DNA from: Adineta vaga
Lineage: Eukaryota > Animalia > Rotifera
Reading direction: 5' to 3'
NCBI GenBank assembly: GCA_021613535.1
Contig: CP075495.1
Location: 8,680,001-8,744,000 of the forward strand
Length of the DNA stretch: 64,000 bases
Shown here: positions 10,101 through 22,809 of the stretch, piece by piece
Layout: the number at the start of each line of letters is the position of its first letter
Position numbering within the stretch: position 1 is the stretch's first letter
Notes under the pieces: generated by a model
Database searches by the model: none
Seen by the model: the letters and a program-made list of their open reading frames with translations, nothing else
Told to the model about the DNA's origin: nothing
Translations under genes and position numbers: made by a program

Positions 10101-11361
10101 AAGCTATACTTGGTCAAAATGATACATTCGGAGAAAATCCATGTAATACTGTTACACCAGGAAAATCTCGATGTGTTGTTCGAGGTATTTATTTATAGAG
10201 AAATTATTTTATTACTGTCAATGTTTTCTTATCATTGTTTAAGGTGTAACATATTGTACATTAAATAGAATTCATCGTGAAAACTTATTACGTGTTTTTC
10301 AATTATTTCCTGATTTTGCGAAATCATTTGCAGAACGTTTTCAAGTCACGTTTGATGTTCGACAAGTGAGACAAATTTGTTCGATCTATTTGTATCGAAT
10401 CCTAATCATCATTCTTAACTTTTAGTGTGAATTAAATGAATCAAAACCATTCTATAAATTGGATGAAGAAGTACAAGCATTGATTCGACAGCGTCGTCCA
10501 AAATTACAACGAGAAAAACGATTTAGTATGATGAGTGAACGTGAAGAAGGTAGATTAATATTGAGTAAAAAAAATCAATCTACACATTTTATCGGCGATA
10601 CTTTTTTCAGAAGCAAATCGATTAGCTATTCTACGATCCTGTCGCGATGTTCGTATAAGTGCTGATGCCAATTCCAGACGATCGATGAACACTATTGTTG
10701 AACTATCTCCAAATCAAACACAGGGATCTGATGACGAGATACAATTTGATAAAGAAATACGAAGATTATCCTTAACATCATCAGCTCAAGGTAGAGAGGT
10801 TTTTCATGATTAATCATAATATTCCTTTTTTCTATATCTTTAGGAAGCGCAACCAATGTATGCTCAACTGTTGTTGCTGTATCCAAAAGATCTAAACTAC
10901 ATACAATGAAACTTCCAGAAGAGGAAGAAGAAGAACAACATCAAGAGAAGCGACCATTAACAATGGAGACCAATGTTACAATAGGACAAAACAAGTAATA
11001 AATTCAAAATGACATCATTCAATCAATTAGAAAAAGAAGTTTTTCTCGTTGTAGTTCGGTACAAAAATACGAAACGGGTGCGATACGTAGTCTAGCTGAT
11101 GTAGATGCTGAATTAGCTCTTCTTCAAACGTAATATAGACTAAACAAAATATGTTTTATTCTAACATATCTTTCTCAATCTTTTTTTAGACGTTTCGATA
11201 GTTTTCAACAAGCTCTAGATGATAAAATGAAGATATTATTTAATTTTGCGAATAATATCTCTCAAACAAATATCAGACATTCAACAACGATTTCAAATCC
11301 AAGGAATACTGCAACTACGAATAAAACCTATGCTGTAATAGATAAATTAGTTTTCACATGA
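7194..11361 (+). CDS. ERG/KCNH-family voltage-gated K+ channel (multi-exon), apparently lacking the N-terminal PAS domain
   Basis: [13 protein letters not shown] (S1), KLARLLRL (S4), AHWLACI (S5), [12 protein letters not shown] pore, C-linker [18 protein letters not shown] and CNBHD; ATG 7194 and TGA 11359-11361 inferred by eye. Confidence 0.9.
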
Positions 11362-11718
11362 GTAAAATAAAAAAAGTAGCATTTCTATTCCATATCAACA
11401 ATAAATGAATTTTCAAAAAGATACTTACATTACTCATCTATATTCAACTATAATTTCATTTTCGTCTTTAAAAGTATTTTCTTGGTTATGTATTATCTAT
11501 GCAGATACAATAGCTATATCTCTATTGCAGAAAAAAAATATAGATCATAATTTCAAGATAGTATTAGCGTTTCTCGTATCTAATGATATTGACGCGTACA
11601 CGTGTACCAACACAATTTGATCAAAACAGTATGGCTAAACGATTCAGTGAATAACTACAATGACATGTGACGGCACTTATTTCTCTCTCTCTCTCTTTCT
11701 TTTTTTATTTTATAAAAA

Positions 11719-11823
11719 GTGTTGCTCTGGCAAGCTAGTATTGCTACCGGCCCGCTACTTTTCGTCATCGCAACATGTATTATATCCGTGAAGATATTTA
11801 CCTCTTGGTAAGTTGTAATAAGC
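11719..11823 (-). ncRNA. SL RNA gene, copy E
   Basis: RNA body identical to copy A; upstream flank diverged. Confidence 0.92.
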
Positions 11824-11957
11824 AACTTTTTCCATGGATGTGCAGAGCACGACATCTCTCTTGTCTTTACACATAGCATTTAGTTGAGAGCATAAAGAAG
11901 GATGCGATGTGTAAAGACACGAGAGATGTCGTGCTCCGCCTGTCGACTAGTAAAATT

Positions 11958-12062
11958 GCTTATTACAACTTACCAAGAGGTAAATATCTTCACGGATATA
12001 ATACATGTTGCGATGACGAAAAGTAGCGGGCCGGTAGCAATACTAGCTTGCCAGAGCAACAC
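11958..12062 (+). ncRNA. SL RNA gene, copy F
   Basis: Identical to copy D. Confidence 0.92.
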
Positions 12063-12684
12063 TTTTTATAAAATAAGAAGAGAAAAGACGTCTTGTCTAC
12101 TGACTAAAAAATAACCACTATGATTTAATCTTAATCTTTCCCGAAAGAAACGAGGGTAGCTAGATCAGTATGATCCTCGATTAGATCCATGTATACTTGG
12201 ATAGTCCTAATGAATGTTGAAAAATCTGCTTGAAAGAGAATATTACATAATTATTTCACAACTTTCATCCTTGTAGAAAATCGCGCTATGTTAATTATGT
12301 TCGTTTGATTTCGATTTGTTAACTCATTCATAAGAGTATAATAATGTTGGTTTATATTTTAGGTGACATTTTAAATGTCCTTCATTAAAGTATATTTGTA
12401 TAATGTATAAGATTAATAAAGAGAAAAAGAATCGTAACATCAACGAAAATATTTGTGTTGAAAAGAGAATGTAAAAGAAGATAAAAAGAATTACAATTAA
12501 AAAAATTCGCTTGATGGCGAGTAAAAGGTATTTATATCTATATCCGTCATGATGATATTTGTAGTTTGTCACTAATGGAATAATAGATTGATATGTTTCA
12601 GATGCATGAGGAAAAACTCGCTGGAAATGAGTGTAGGAACAAGATAAATACAAGCTAAAAGTATAGAAATGTCAACGAAAATTT

Positions 12685-15600
12685 CTAATGATATGGCACT
12701 AAAAACTGTACGAGACACTTTATAACTAAGGATGAACCATTATTCAAGTAGATTGTTCGTGTAAATGCATTCGGTGGTTGAGTAAGAAATGTTTCGAGTG
12801 AACATGGTAATATATCTGCTAGACGTATTGCTGTTGAACCAATATTATCTAGCAGGAGAATTAAAAAGATTTGGTTTGATGAAGAAAAATACAGTTTTCC
12901 TAAACAAACCATCAGCTGAAAAATATTTATTGTCATAGAGATTGATATGAATGATATCTTCGACAAGATTATGAAGAAGAAATTGCATAGGAATATTCCA
13001 TTTTGGATTAGCTGATCGTTTCACATATGGTGTTTTCAATGTTAATGCGCCAACAGTTATCTCACAAAACGGATTAACAATACCTATTCAGTAAAAAGAA
13101 ATGATTAAATATTTTCATTCTTTCAAAACAAAAAAGAAAAAATGCTACGAACGAAATCGTTCAAGTGTTGGAATAGATGGCATTAAATTATGAGCTTCTT
13201 GTACAACTAGAATGAGCCGAGCAATAGCCGGTTTCGTTTCATATTCATTATCATCATCAATAGCTAATAATGCTTTATTAGTAACAATTAATTTCTCTAT
13301 AGTATGAAGTTCATTTAGAGCATTATTAATTGCTCGTACCCATAATGTACTAAAAATAGAAATAAAATTCATTTATTTGGAATAAATCAATTATATTTGC
13401 AATTGTACCGAATATTCGCTTGTTGTGTTCTTAACACTAATGGTTTCTCATAGATTTTTGTAACAATCGAAAAAGTTAATTGATCTGTGACTGATTCACT
13501 TGCAGCTATAACATCAGTTAAAAATAATGGCTAAAATAAAAAGAGAGAAAATGAGAAATATTCTTGAAGAAGATTTCGTTTATTTTGAAAACGAACGAGT
13601 CGATAGATTTTCAATTGTAAATTTGCTTTTCGTTCAAACAATTGTGCTTGCCAATTAGTTGATGATACTTTTGAAGTTGAAAAAAGAAGAAAATCATTGA
13701 ATAAAAATACTAATAATTCTTTTCCACTTGGCATCTAAATCAATGAAATAAAACAGAATTTTTCAACTTAATCTGATTTACTTTCGCTATAAAACCGTGT
13801 AGAAGTAGTTGTCGTTGCGTATGAAATTTCGTACGAGAATTAAATTTGACGAATTCATCGAAAATATATCCATCCGATGAGTCCTCATCGCAACTAAAAC
13901 TGAAATGTCGTTGTAACCAATCTAAACGGACACTATTTTCTTGTTCACAAATTTGTTTATTGATACGTTCATTTAATTGTCGTGCACATTCATATGCTCG
14001 TTGAATAAATTGATAATCTGGATGATCAAGACTTGTATGTTTAAGAATTTTTTCGATTAATAATGGATAACGTGTCACACGTTGTATTGGCTTGGTAAGA
14101 AAACCATTTAATGATAAACCACCAGTTTTAGTTTGAAAAATTTTTAAATATGATCGAAATTGTTTATTGGAAGTAATTTTTGATTGTAAATATTTATTAG
14201 CTTGTGAACGACAATTACAATATTGAAAATAAACATCAGCCATATAAGGAATATAGGAACAAAGAATTTCACCAATGCGTGTTGATTCATTAATTATCAT
14301 ATTCGATGAAACATGAGATGATGATAATGATGATGATTGTGGAACGATATTATCATCTAATCGTTCAATAGTTAAGGAACGCTTTCCTGTAAACATATTC
14401 GTTGATGAAGGTTGATTAAGATCACCTTCAGCAAATAGTTTCATTGGAATCTAAAAATTGAATATATAATTCGATCCATATCTATATGCTTTCTTTTTTT
14501 AATGATACTAACATTTGCAATTCCTGCAATATTCGACATTGATGCTGAACGTGGTGTTCGAATACAAATATTGTCATCATCAAATGTCAAAACATGTTCT
14601 CTATAATTTACTTGATCTTGTAATGTAGATAGAAAAACACTATTGCATGCAATTAAACTAAACCAATTACTGAATAATTGTTCTATTTCATGATCACTTA
14701 AAATTCGACCATTACTTAATGGTTTAATAAATTCATTAGCAACTGTACTTAAATCATTAACATAACGTTGTTCCGTTTCAATTAATTCTCGAATAGCTGA
14801 TATTCGAGAGAAATTATTTGCTATTATATGATGAGATGATAATGACTCAGTGATTAATGTCGATGAATCATCAGTTGATGTGATAGTCGTATCATCACAG
14901 AAAGGTTGTTGAGATGAGTTCGCTGTTGTTGGTGTACATGGAATTATATTGGGAGAGAGATAACATGATTTAGATGAAGCTGAAAAGAAGTAATTCAATA
15001 TAATGACAATTGATTTGATTCAAACAATAGATCATGCATAAGAACGAAAGTTTTTTTTTGTAGAAAATAGTGGATATATCATGCAGCATTGATTTGATTT
15101 GATTTTTTTTTTCAACTTATTTTTAACTTACGACAAGTAATAGTAAAAGCTGTTTTATGATTATGAAGTGAATGACGTTTATGTTTGCTGGTCGTTGGTG
15201 CTGAAGCTGATGTAAGTGTTGGAAAACAACAACAAACAAAAGAAAGCACCTTTTCCAACATATTCTTTTTCTATTAAAAGAAAATATTAAATAAATGAAA
15301 ACACAATAGGATACTTTTTTGTTATACATATTTCATCTAATTTTTCATTTAAACCTATATATTTAAATATTTCTGCGTTTTTTCTTTGCATACGAATGAG
15401 ACAAAACTAACAGTAGGCGAATATAAATAAGAAAAATACACTGATGTGAAAGTATAGAAAAATACTACTGACTGGTGACATGAAGGCATATAAATATATC
15501 CTACGAAAGGTTTGGATCATCGTTATCACCAGGTTTAACAAAATGAATATGAGAACAAGAAATAGGAAATCACTATGGACTGATTAACTAAAACATATAT

Positions 15601-18600
15601 ATGACTATTGGAGAAGGCATACATGAAAAAAGAAAAGAAAACGAATATAGAAGATACAATTGTAAAATGAATGATAACACAATCAGACAAAATAAACGGA
15701 AGAGAGAATAAATTAAATAGAATAAAATGTGAATGTATGTGAATTATTTTTTCGAAGACAAGAAGAAAAAAAATTGTCTATGAGTAGTAACGTCGAATGT
15801 GATATATATTGAATAGAAAAAAGAAACAGAAGAGAATAAGAGGGTGAGAAGCATGGGTTAATCTTTTAGAAACAAAACAAAAAAAAAGAACACATCAGGA
15901 ATCGTCAATACCAGCTCTCTAGATAGCTATTTGTCTTATCGGATGCTCATCATTGTCCTAGAAACATATGTAAATATTTAAAAAGATGTGGTATTTTTAT
16001 TTCATTTGACTTACATTGATTATGAGTATCGATTTGTTGTACATAAGTCGATGGAATTAAGCCAACTTGATCGCCAAGACGAGCTTTAAACCAACCACTC
16101 GTATTTTCAGGATCTAATATATCTAAAACGGCATCAGCTGGAAAACTTAATTCATCATCATGTTGAGCATCATATGAAAAAATGGCAATGTAATGTTGTG
16201 AATCTAAATAGAAATCAGTTAAATTAATGAGTTTTGGCATATAATAGATATTTACCTGTTGTTTTCTGATCAGAAGATGCTGATGGAAGTGTTGATGAAA
16301 CAGTTGTGTCTGTTCGTACGTGATCAGCAGGAAACCAACCGATACGTACCGGTTGATCCGGAAGCTGTGCGAAAGGAAAGATAATGATTTGTATAAAGAA
16401 ACAATAAATAATATACTCGAACTTCCCCTTGATACCAGCCATTATCATCTTTTTTTGTGATAAAAATCGTTTGATCCTTCTCAAAAGTTAGATGATTTTC
16501 TTCTGTACTTTCAAAAGATTGCAATTGCAATTGCAATTTCTTCAATATTTCCAATTTTCTGAACGTAATTATTAGGAAATGTTCCTGTACGTTCACCAAT
16601 CTGTCCTGTCCACCAATCACCATCACGTTTAAGAACAATAATATGTTCGCCAACATCAAATGATAAATCAGAGGAATCAGTAGCTTCATACGAATAAATA
16701 GCTTCATAGATATTATCTAAGAATGATTGAAATATATTTTGAGTTTACAATGAAAACTAATCAATCTTACCACATTCAACATCATTCGTTGATACACTTT
16801 TCTGTGTAACGATAGAATTCGAAGATTTTTCAATAGTTGGTGAAGTTCTAAATCGATAGAAATATTCAATTCAAAATGACACTTAAGATAGAGAACAGAA
16901 AAAGAAAGTTACTTTGATAAATTTTCCTTATTTGCTATTTCAACTTCAGTTGCTGGCCGAACGTAAGTTCGTGGAAACCAACCAATCTATAACAGAAAAT
17001 TTCTGTAGTATTGAAAACAGTTTCGAGAAACTATTCGTAATTTACTTTGTCATGTAGTTGTCCACTATACCATGTGTCATCTTTTTGTTCTCGTACATGA
17101 ATAAATTCATCCTTTTGAAATGATAAATGTTTATCAACTGTTTTGCCTTGACATTCAGCTAATGTTATCACCCAAGAACCAGACTAAAAATGAATGAAAA
17201 GAACAAAATAAAAAAATATATATATTAATACACTTTTTGAATCTTACTGGTAATTGTGATGATGTTGTATCATTTGTTGATGTTGATCTAGAGCAAGAAA
17301 TATATTTTCACAATGCAACATGTGTCATTTCTAATTATAATTAAAATGATGTATTTTGTTAACATACATGATTCGTTCAGCATAACCTGCTGGAAAAAAT
17401 CCTTGTTTATCATCACCAATTCGACCAAATAACCAATGATCATCTTGCTGTTTCGTTGGATCTATCTGTAAAAATGATTGTCGACTTTATCTATCGAGAT
17501 GAAAATCTCGTCCGAAATTACTTACCGCGATGATATCACCACTATATATTGTCATTTCATCAGGACGTTCAGATGCATAGTCATATAATACTCGATATTG
17601 AATGATTTCTAGAGAAATAAAAGATTTCATTAAATCTTACACGATATCAAAGAACTTGTCTAACCTGCTGCAGGATTTTCATTAACTGCAGGCGTTGATT
17701 GTGGCCAATCATTGTTTGTCCCAAAGGATGAATTTGACTTATCGTTATTATCAAATTGTGCCCAAGTATTCCCATTATTATTTGTTGTTGCCGGAGTTCC
17801 CCATGGATCAACAGTTGACGATTGTTTTGGTGCATCTACAGGATAAAAACAAAGTTGTTCTTCTCATACAAAGTACAAATAATCATCAAACCTTTCAAAT
17901 TAGGAGTTGCTTTTGGTGCAGCTTTCTTAACTTTTGGTGATGCCACAACAGATACAGTCACAGATGGTTCAACTTTAGGAAGAAATGGATCAACCATAAC
18001 GGGAGTACTTTCATTATTCGATGGTTGAAACCAGCCACTATTTTCTGTTGTTGAAACTACATCAGAATGAGAAGAAAATGGATCCACAGCTTGAAATGGA
18101 TCAACATCGACGGTAGGCGGAGGAGGAGGAGGAGGAGAAGAAGAAGTAATAGTTGCTGTTTCTGCTGCTGCATCTGCTGTTGTTGTTGGTGCAACATTCG
18201 GTAATGAAGAAGAAACATCAGAAGATTGCATATTTATATCATCAGAAGTTACATTAGCATTAAATTGATCAAAATTAGCTAAGAGAAAAAAAATGAATAC
18301 CGAAGTTATATTCAATATATAAAATTATATTTACCAAATTCAGCAGGTGAATTAGTTGGAGAAGCGACATTGCTAAATGAAAATGATGATACTAGAATTT
18401 ATTTTCGGAAAAAAATAAAAAATAATCTATTACCTAAGTGGTTTCTTGTCTTTTGCTTCTTGTTCCAATTGTTCAAGTTGAAGACGAAGTTGCTAAAGAA
18501 TAACAATAGTTTGCATCCATATGTTTCGTTTCTATTGTCATAAAACAAAGTAACAAACCTCCATTTGATTTTGATAATCTTTACATTGATCATTAGTTAC

Positions 18601-19362
18601 TGTGATTTGCTCATCGACCTGTATACTTTCTTGATTCATAGTTTCAATTTGACTTTGTAAATACTGTATTTGATCCAATTCTCGATTACCATTACCTACA
18701 AAAGTGAAAACAAAATTTCTTCTACTTTTCAAAGAAACATTTTCATAATATTTCTTACTGAATTCTTTTGATTGAATAAGTTGATTAACTGATGAACCAA
18801 GTGATTCACGTTCTACTTGTAAAGCATTTAATTGGACCATTAAATCCTTTTTTTGTTGTTCAACATTTTCGAATAGATTTCTCTCTGTTGCTATATTTCG
18901 TTGTACATCTGCAATTGCTTCATCAATCGAATGAATAGTAGTTTCAGTTTGATTGATTTTCGTTTGACACGTTTGCATAGTATCATCCATACTTTCTAAT
19001 TCAAGTCCAAGAGCTTTTTCACGAGATTTCAAATCATTGCTTTGTTCAAGTAAACGTGATTTTTGTGATAATAATTCTTGCATACGTTGACGTTCCCATT
19101 CAAGACGATTTTTACGTTCCAATTCTTTTCGTGCGGCCTAAATAATAATCATAAAGAAATATATAAGAAAAAAAACTGTCTGGACACATAGATCTTGATG
19201 TTTACACACAAATGATTGTATATCGTTAATTATGTGTCAAATGAAACTTCGAAAGATTCATGCATAACGCATGATAACGAAGTTTAGAATGGATACTTTT
19301 GCATGGATATGACTCAAACTCGTCTTATTGAATATTAAGACGTGATCTCCTGATCCATGCGT

Positions 19363-19396
<34 letters not shown>

Positions 19397-21732
19397 TAGA
19401 TGATTTTTCTTTTCTCAGAAGTAAAATTTACCTCACGTTGTTCATATAATTTTTTTCGTTCTTCTTCTTTTTGTTGTTCAATTTGTCGTTGTTTTTCTAA
19501 TTGTCGTTCGATTTCCATCTGTTTTTTACGTTCTTGTTCTTCACGATATTTTTGTAATTCAGCTTCACGTTTACGTTCTAAATGAGATTCGAACTATTAG
19601 CCCTATGATATATTCAACAGATGCATACGACTATAACCATTCAACTACTTCTATTCATTGTTTTCAAAAGAAGAAAAAAGATTGATGATGTATATATATA
19701 CCTCGTTCTTCACGTTCTTTTTGTTCGCGTTCTTCCAGTTCACGTAATTGTTGCCGGCGTCGTTCCAATTCTCGATTACCATCCTAATAAAAACAAATAT
19801 AGAACATCAGTTTTGAGAAAATTACAGTCTCATACTTCATAATTCTTCAAACGTTTCTCTTCATATGTTGCCAAGGCAGCTTTTCGTTCATTTTCTGCTG
19901 ATTCTGCTGATTGTATTGGAGAATTTCCTGGAATACGTTCTGGTGTATTTGTTGCATTGATGGTTTCCTGAAGTTTCTGATTAAGATTAGCATAGGTTAG
20001 ATTATCATTCGATTTTGACGATATATCTGTTCTATCATGTTGCATTGCACTGATTTGTAACCATTCTTCAGGTAATTGAGATGGTAATGTTTGACCATTA
20101 CGTGCCATATCGCAACAATGCATTGCAATAACAAATTCATCAGCGGACAGACGGCCATCTTTATCATAATCAGCTAAATTCCTATTTAAGATTCAATTAG
20201 AATGATTTAATCGTCGTTTAAAACTAGAGAACCACTCGTGTCTAAGAAAGAAAACCTATTTACACTTTCTAATGCTGAATGTGCTAAAATAAGCTACTAT
20301 ATAGATTATTCAATTTCCTTGGGCTCAAAAAAAGAAAGGTGAGGAAAAATTCTTTTCTGCTTGTCTGAACATTTTGAATTGTAGGGTAAAGCGCTGTCAT
20401 TAACCAATCTATTTGTAGTAGGGTTTTTTCTTTCTATTAAAATCTTCTCGCGTTCAAAGAATCAGAATTAAACTAAGAGAACAAATTTCTCAAAAAAAAA
20501 CGATCTAAGCGTAAGAAACCATCAATGCATGATCTAATTATCTAAATATTTACATTTCAAAGGTGAGTCTTATATAATAAATGTAAACCTAATATATGTT
20601 AACACAAGAGAAAACTATGCAACAGTTTAAAATCATTTAATGTTTACCAGATTTGATGAAGAAGAACATGTGATAGACCAGTTTGTTGAAGTATAGTTTT
20701 TGCTTGTAAACCAGTTATAAATCCGCCACTTTGTGTTCCATTGCATAATAATTGAAATTGTTGGAGATATTTCGATCGATTTGCTGGTGTTAATTGTATA
20801 GATGATGATACATTCGTTGCATCGGTTTGTTTAATTGTTTGACTGAGAGAGAAGAAACTATTGAGAAAACTTCGATCTTAATGTTTTCTTTATTTACCTT
20901 GTAGGTTGTTGATTTGATAGGATAGATTGACCAGATGCTAAAAAAGATATTTCATTCAAACTATTATTATAAACAGGAATTAAATAAACTAAATAATTAA
21001 GATGTTCTATCAAAGCATTAGTTTTGTTAGAAATAGCAGTGTATTTTTTATTTGGTCTTACCACTAGAACAACGAAATATTTCTTTCGTCAGAATAATTT
21101 CACTGCAATAATTTCATTATTTTACATATATATATATGGAACAAATACTATAAAGAATAATATGGGAATAAAATGACTTACGATTATTTGCTATTGGTGT
21201 AGCATTTGTTGCTATTCCAGAATCCGACAGAAGACTAGAAGGAAGAGTTGCTGGTAATGGTCCTTTCTTTTGAACCTGTTTCAGAGAGAGAAATTGAGAT
21301 AGAACAAAAAACATTACTGTGAACTGTTTACTTGAGCTGAAATTAAACAGCAAGCAATAGCGAATTCTCGTTTATCTAAACGACCATCGCTTGTTACATC
21401 AGCCAAATCCCTAAACATTAAGTTTCAATCATTAGAATATTAAAATAATGATCTTACCAAATTTTTCGTAGTATATCTCCAGGTAAACCTGATTTAACAA
21501 AAAAATCTCTTGCTTGTTCACCTATAATGAAAGTTCATTTTATTTAAAAAATTCGTTTTATTACGAAAAATAACTTGCCCGAAAGATAACCTTGTACTGG
21601 ACCGCATTGTTGAAAATATGTTTCGTACCTCTGCCGTTCATCGGCACTAATTCTCCAATCATCTTAAAAGATAGTATGTAAACATGAGAATTAATCATTA
21701 AAGAATTGGTTCAATCGTTTCCTACCAGTCAT
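12685..21732 (-). CDS. ITSN: Intersectin, long form (2 EH, coiled coil, multiple SH3, DH, PH, C2; multi-exon)
   Basis: EH motifs ([20 protein letters not shown]), [16 protein letters not shown] coiled coil, SH3 exons, DH ([12 protein letters not shown]; [15 protein letters not shown]), PH ([14 protein letters not shown]), C-terminal C2. Confidence 0.93.
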
Positions 21733-22116
21733 GTCAACACTTTTTTTTCTTATTTCATTTTGAATTGAAATCTATTTGAAGTCGAAAACAAGTTCTTCGA
21801 CAGAAATCTATAAAAGAAAGTTTAACGATATAATGAAAATCCGATAATTGATTTTCTGGAAAATAAAAATCAATAACAATCGTTCATCCTATATCATCAT
21901 TTAGTAAAAAACACATGAGAAAAAAATGGATCAACCATTAATCTATCGGAGGAAACCATTCTTTAGAAAACAACATGGCATGGTGTTCACAGATGTCACT
22001 GAAGAACAAGAAAATTTTCTTTAAGACAATTTCAGTTTGTATTGTCTTTGCGCGGGTGATTCTAGTCGATTAATATTATTATTATTATTTTTTCTATAAT
22101 ATGTAAATGTTCGATT

Positions 22117-22497
22117 ATGGGTTGTACAACCCTCAAGTCTTCGAAAACGTTTTTTACTAAAACTGATTTAATTGAATTACAAAAACATCCTGAAGAATTA
22201 CATGAAAAACGTATTAAAATTCTCAAATGGATGGAAGATAATATCGAGTGTCAAATAAAAAGCAACAATAATTATTCAAAAATTAAATCGAAAATTATTC
22301 AAGAAAATATACAACTACTATATTGGCAAGAAGCATGGGAAAGAGAACAACAATTAGTTCAACATCCTTCACTAATGGACTTGTCTAATTCAAAAATATC
22401 ATGTATTACATTAATTGATGAAAATCTACGACTTCCAACTGATCAGGAAGTAGACGTATTCTGGAAAAATTTCGATAAAATATCTTTTTCAATCTGA
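22117..22497 (+). CDS. Small unknown protein with MGC N-terminus (possible myristoylation/palmitoylation)
   Basis: Intronless 126-aa ORF with coding-like composition, divergent from intersectin. Confidence 0.55.
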   Translation: MGCTTLKSSKTFFTKTDLIELQKHPEELHEKRIKILKWMEDNIECQIKSNNNYSKIKSKIIQENIQLLYWQEAWEREQQLVQHPSLMDLSNSKISCITLIDENLRLPTDQEVDVFWKNFDKISFSI

Positions 22498-22809
22498 AAC
22501 AACGCTGAGTTATTTCAACACATACATGAATGCTTTATATGACAAGAAAAGATTGACAGATACTAGAAAAATATGAATTCAGAAGAGCTCCCTATTAAAA
22601 CGCTAAGTTTGACTAGATAATAATATGCATTCCTATGTTTAAATATATGGTATTACTATGTAACTGTAAGCAGTTAAAGTTGAATCGATGATATTTATTT
22701 AAAATGAAGGTTGAAACTACAGAGTGATTAAAAAGAAAGAGAATTGGAAAAATAAATGAATAATAAGCAAGTGATAGAGAAGTCTTTTGAAAATGAATCA
22801 TAAAACAAG

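Larger units (their letters stand above)
11696..12079. repeat. Second SL/SL inverted-repeat cassette, a direct-orientation copy of 6146-6529 (offset 5550)
   Basis: Same length and spacer; left arm has a divergent ~19-nt patch at 11826-11844. Confidence 0.95.
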
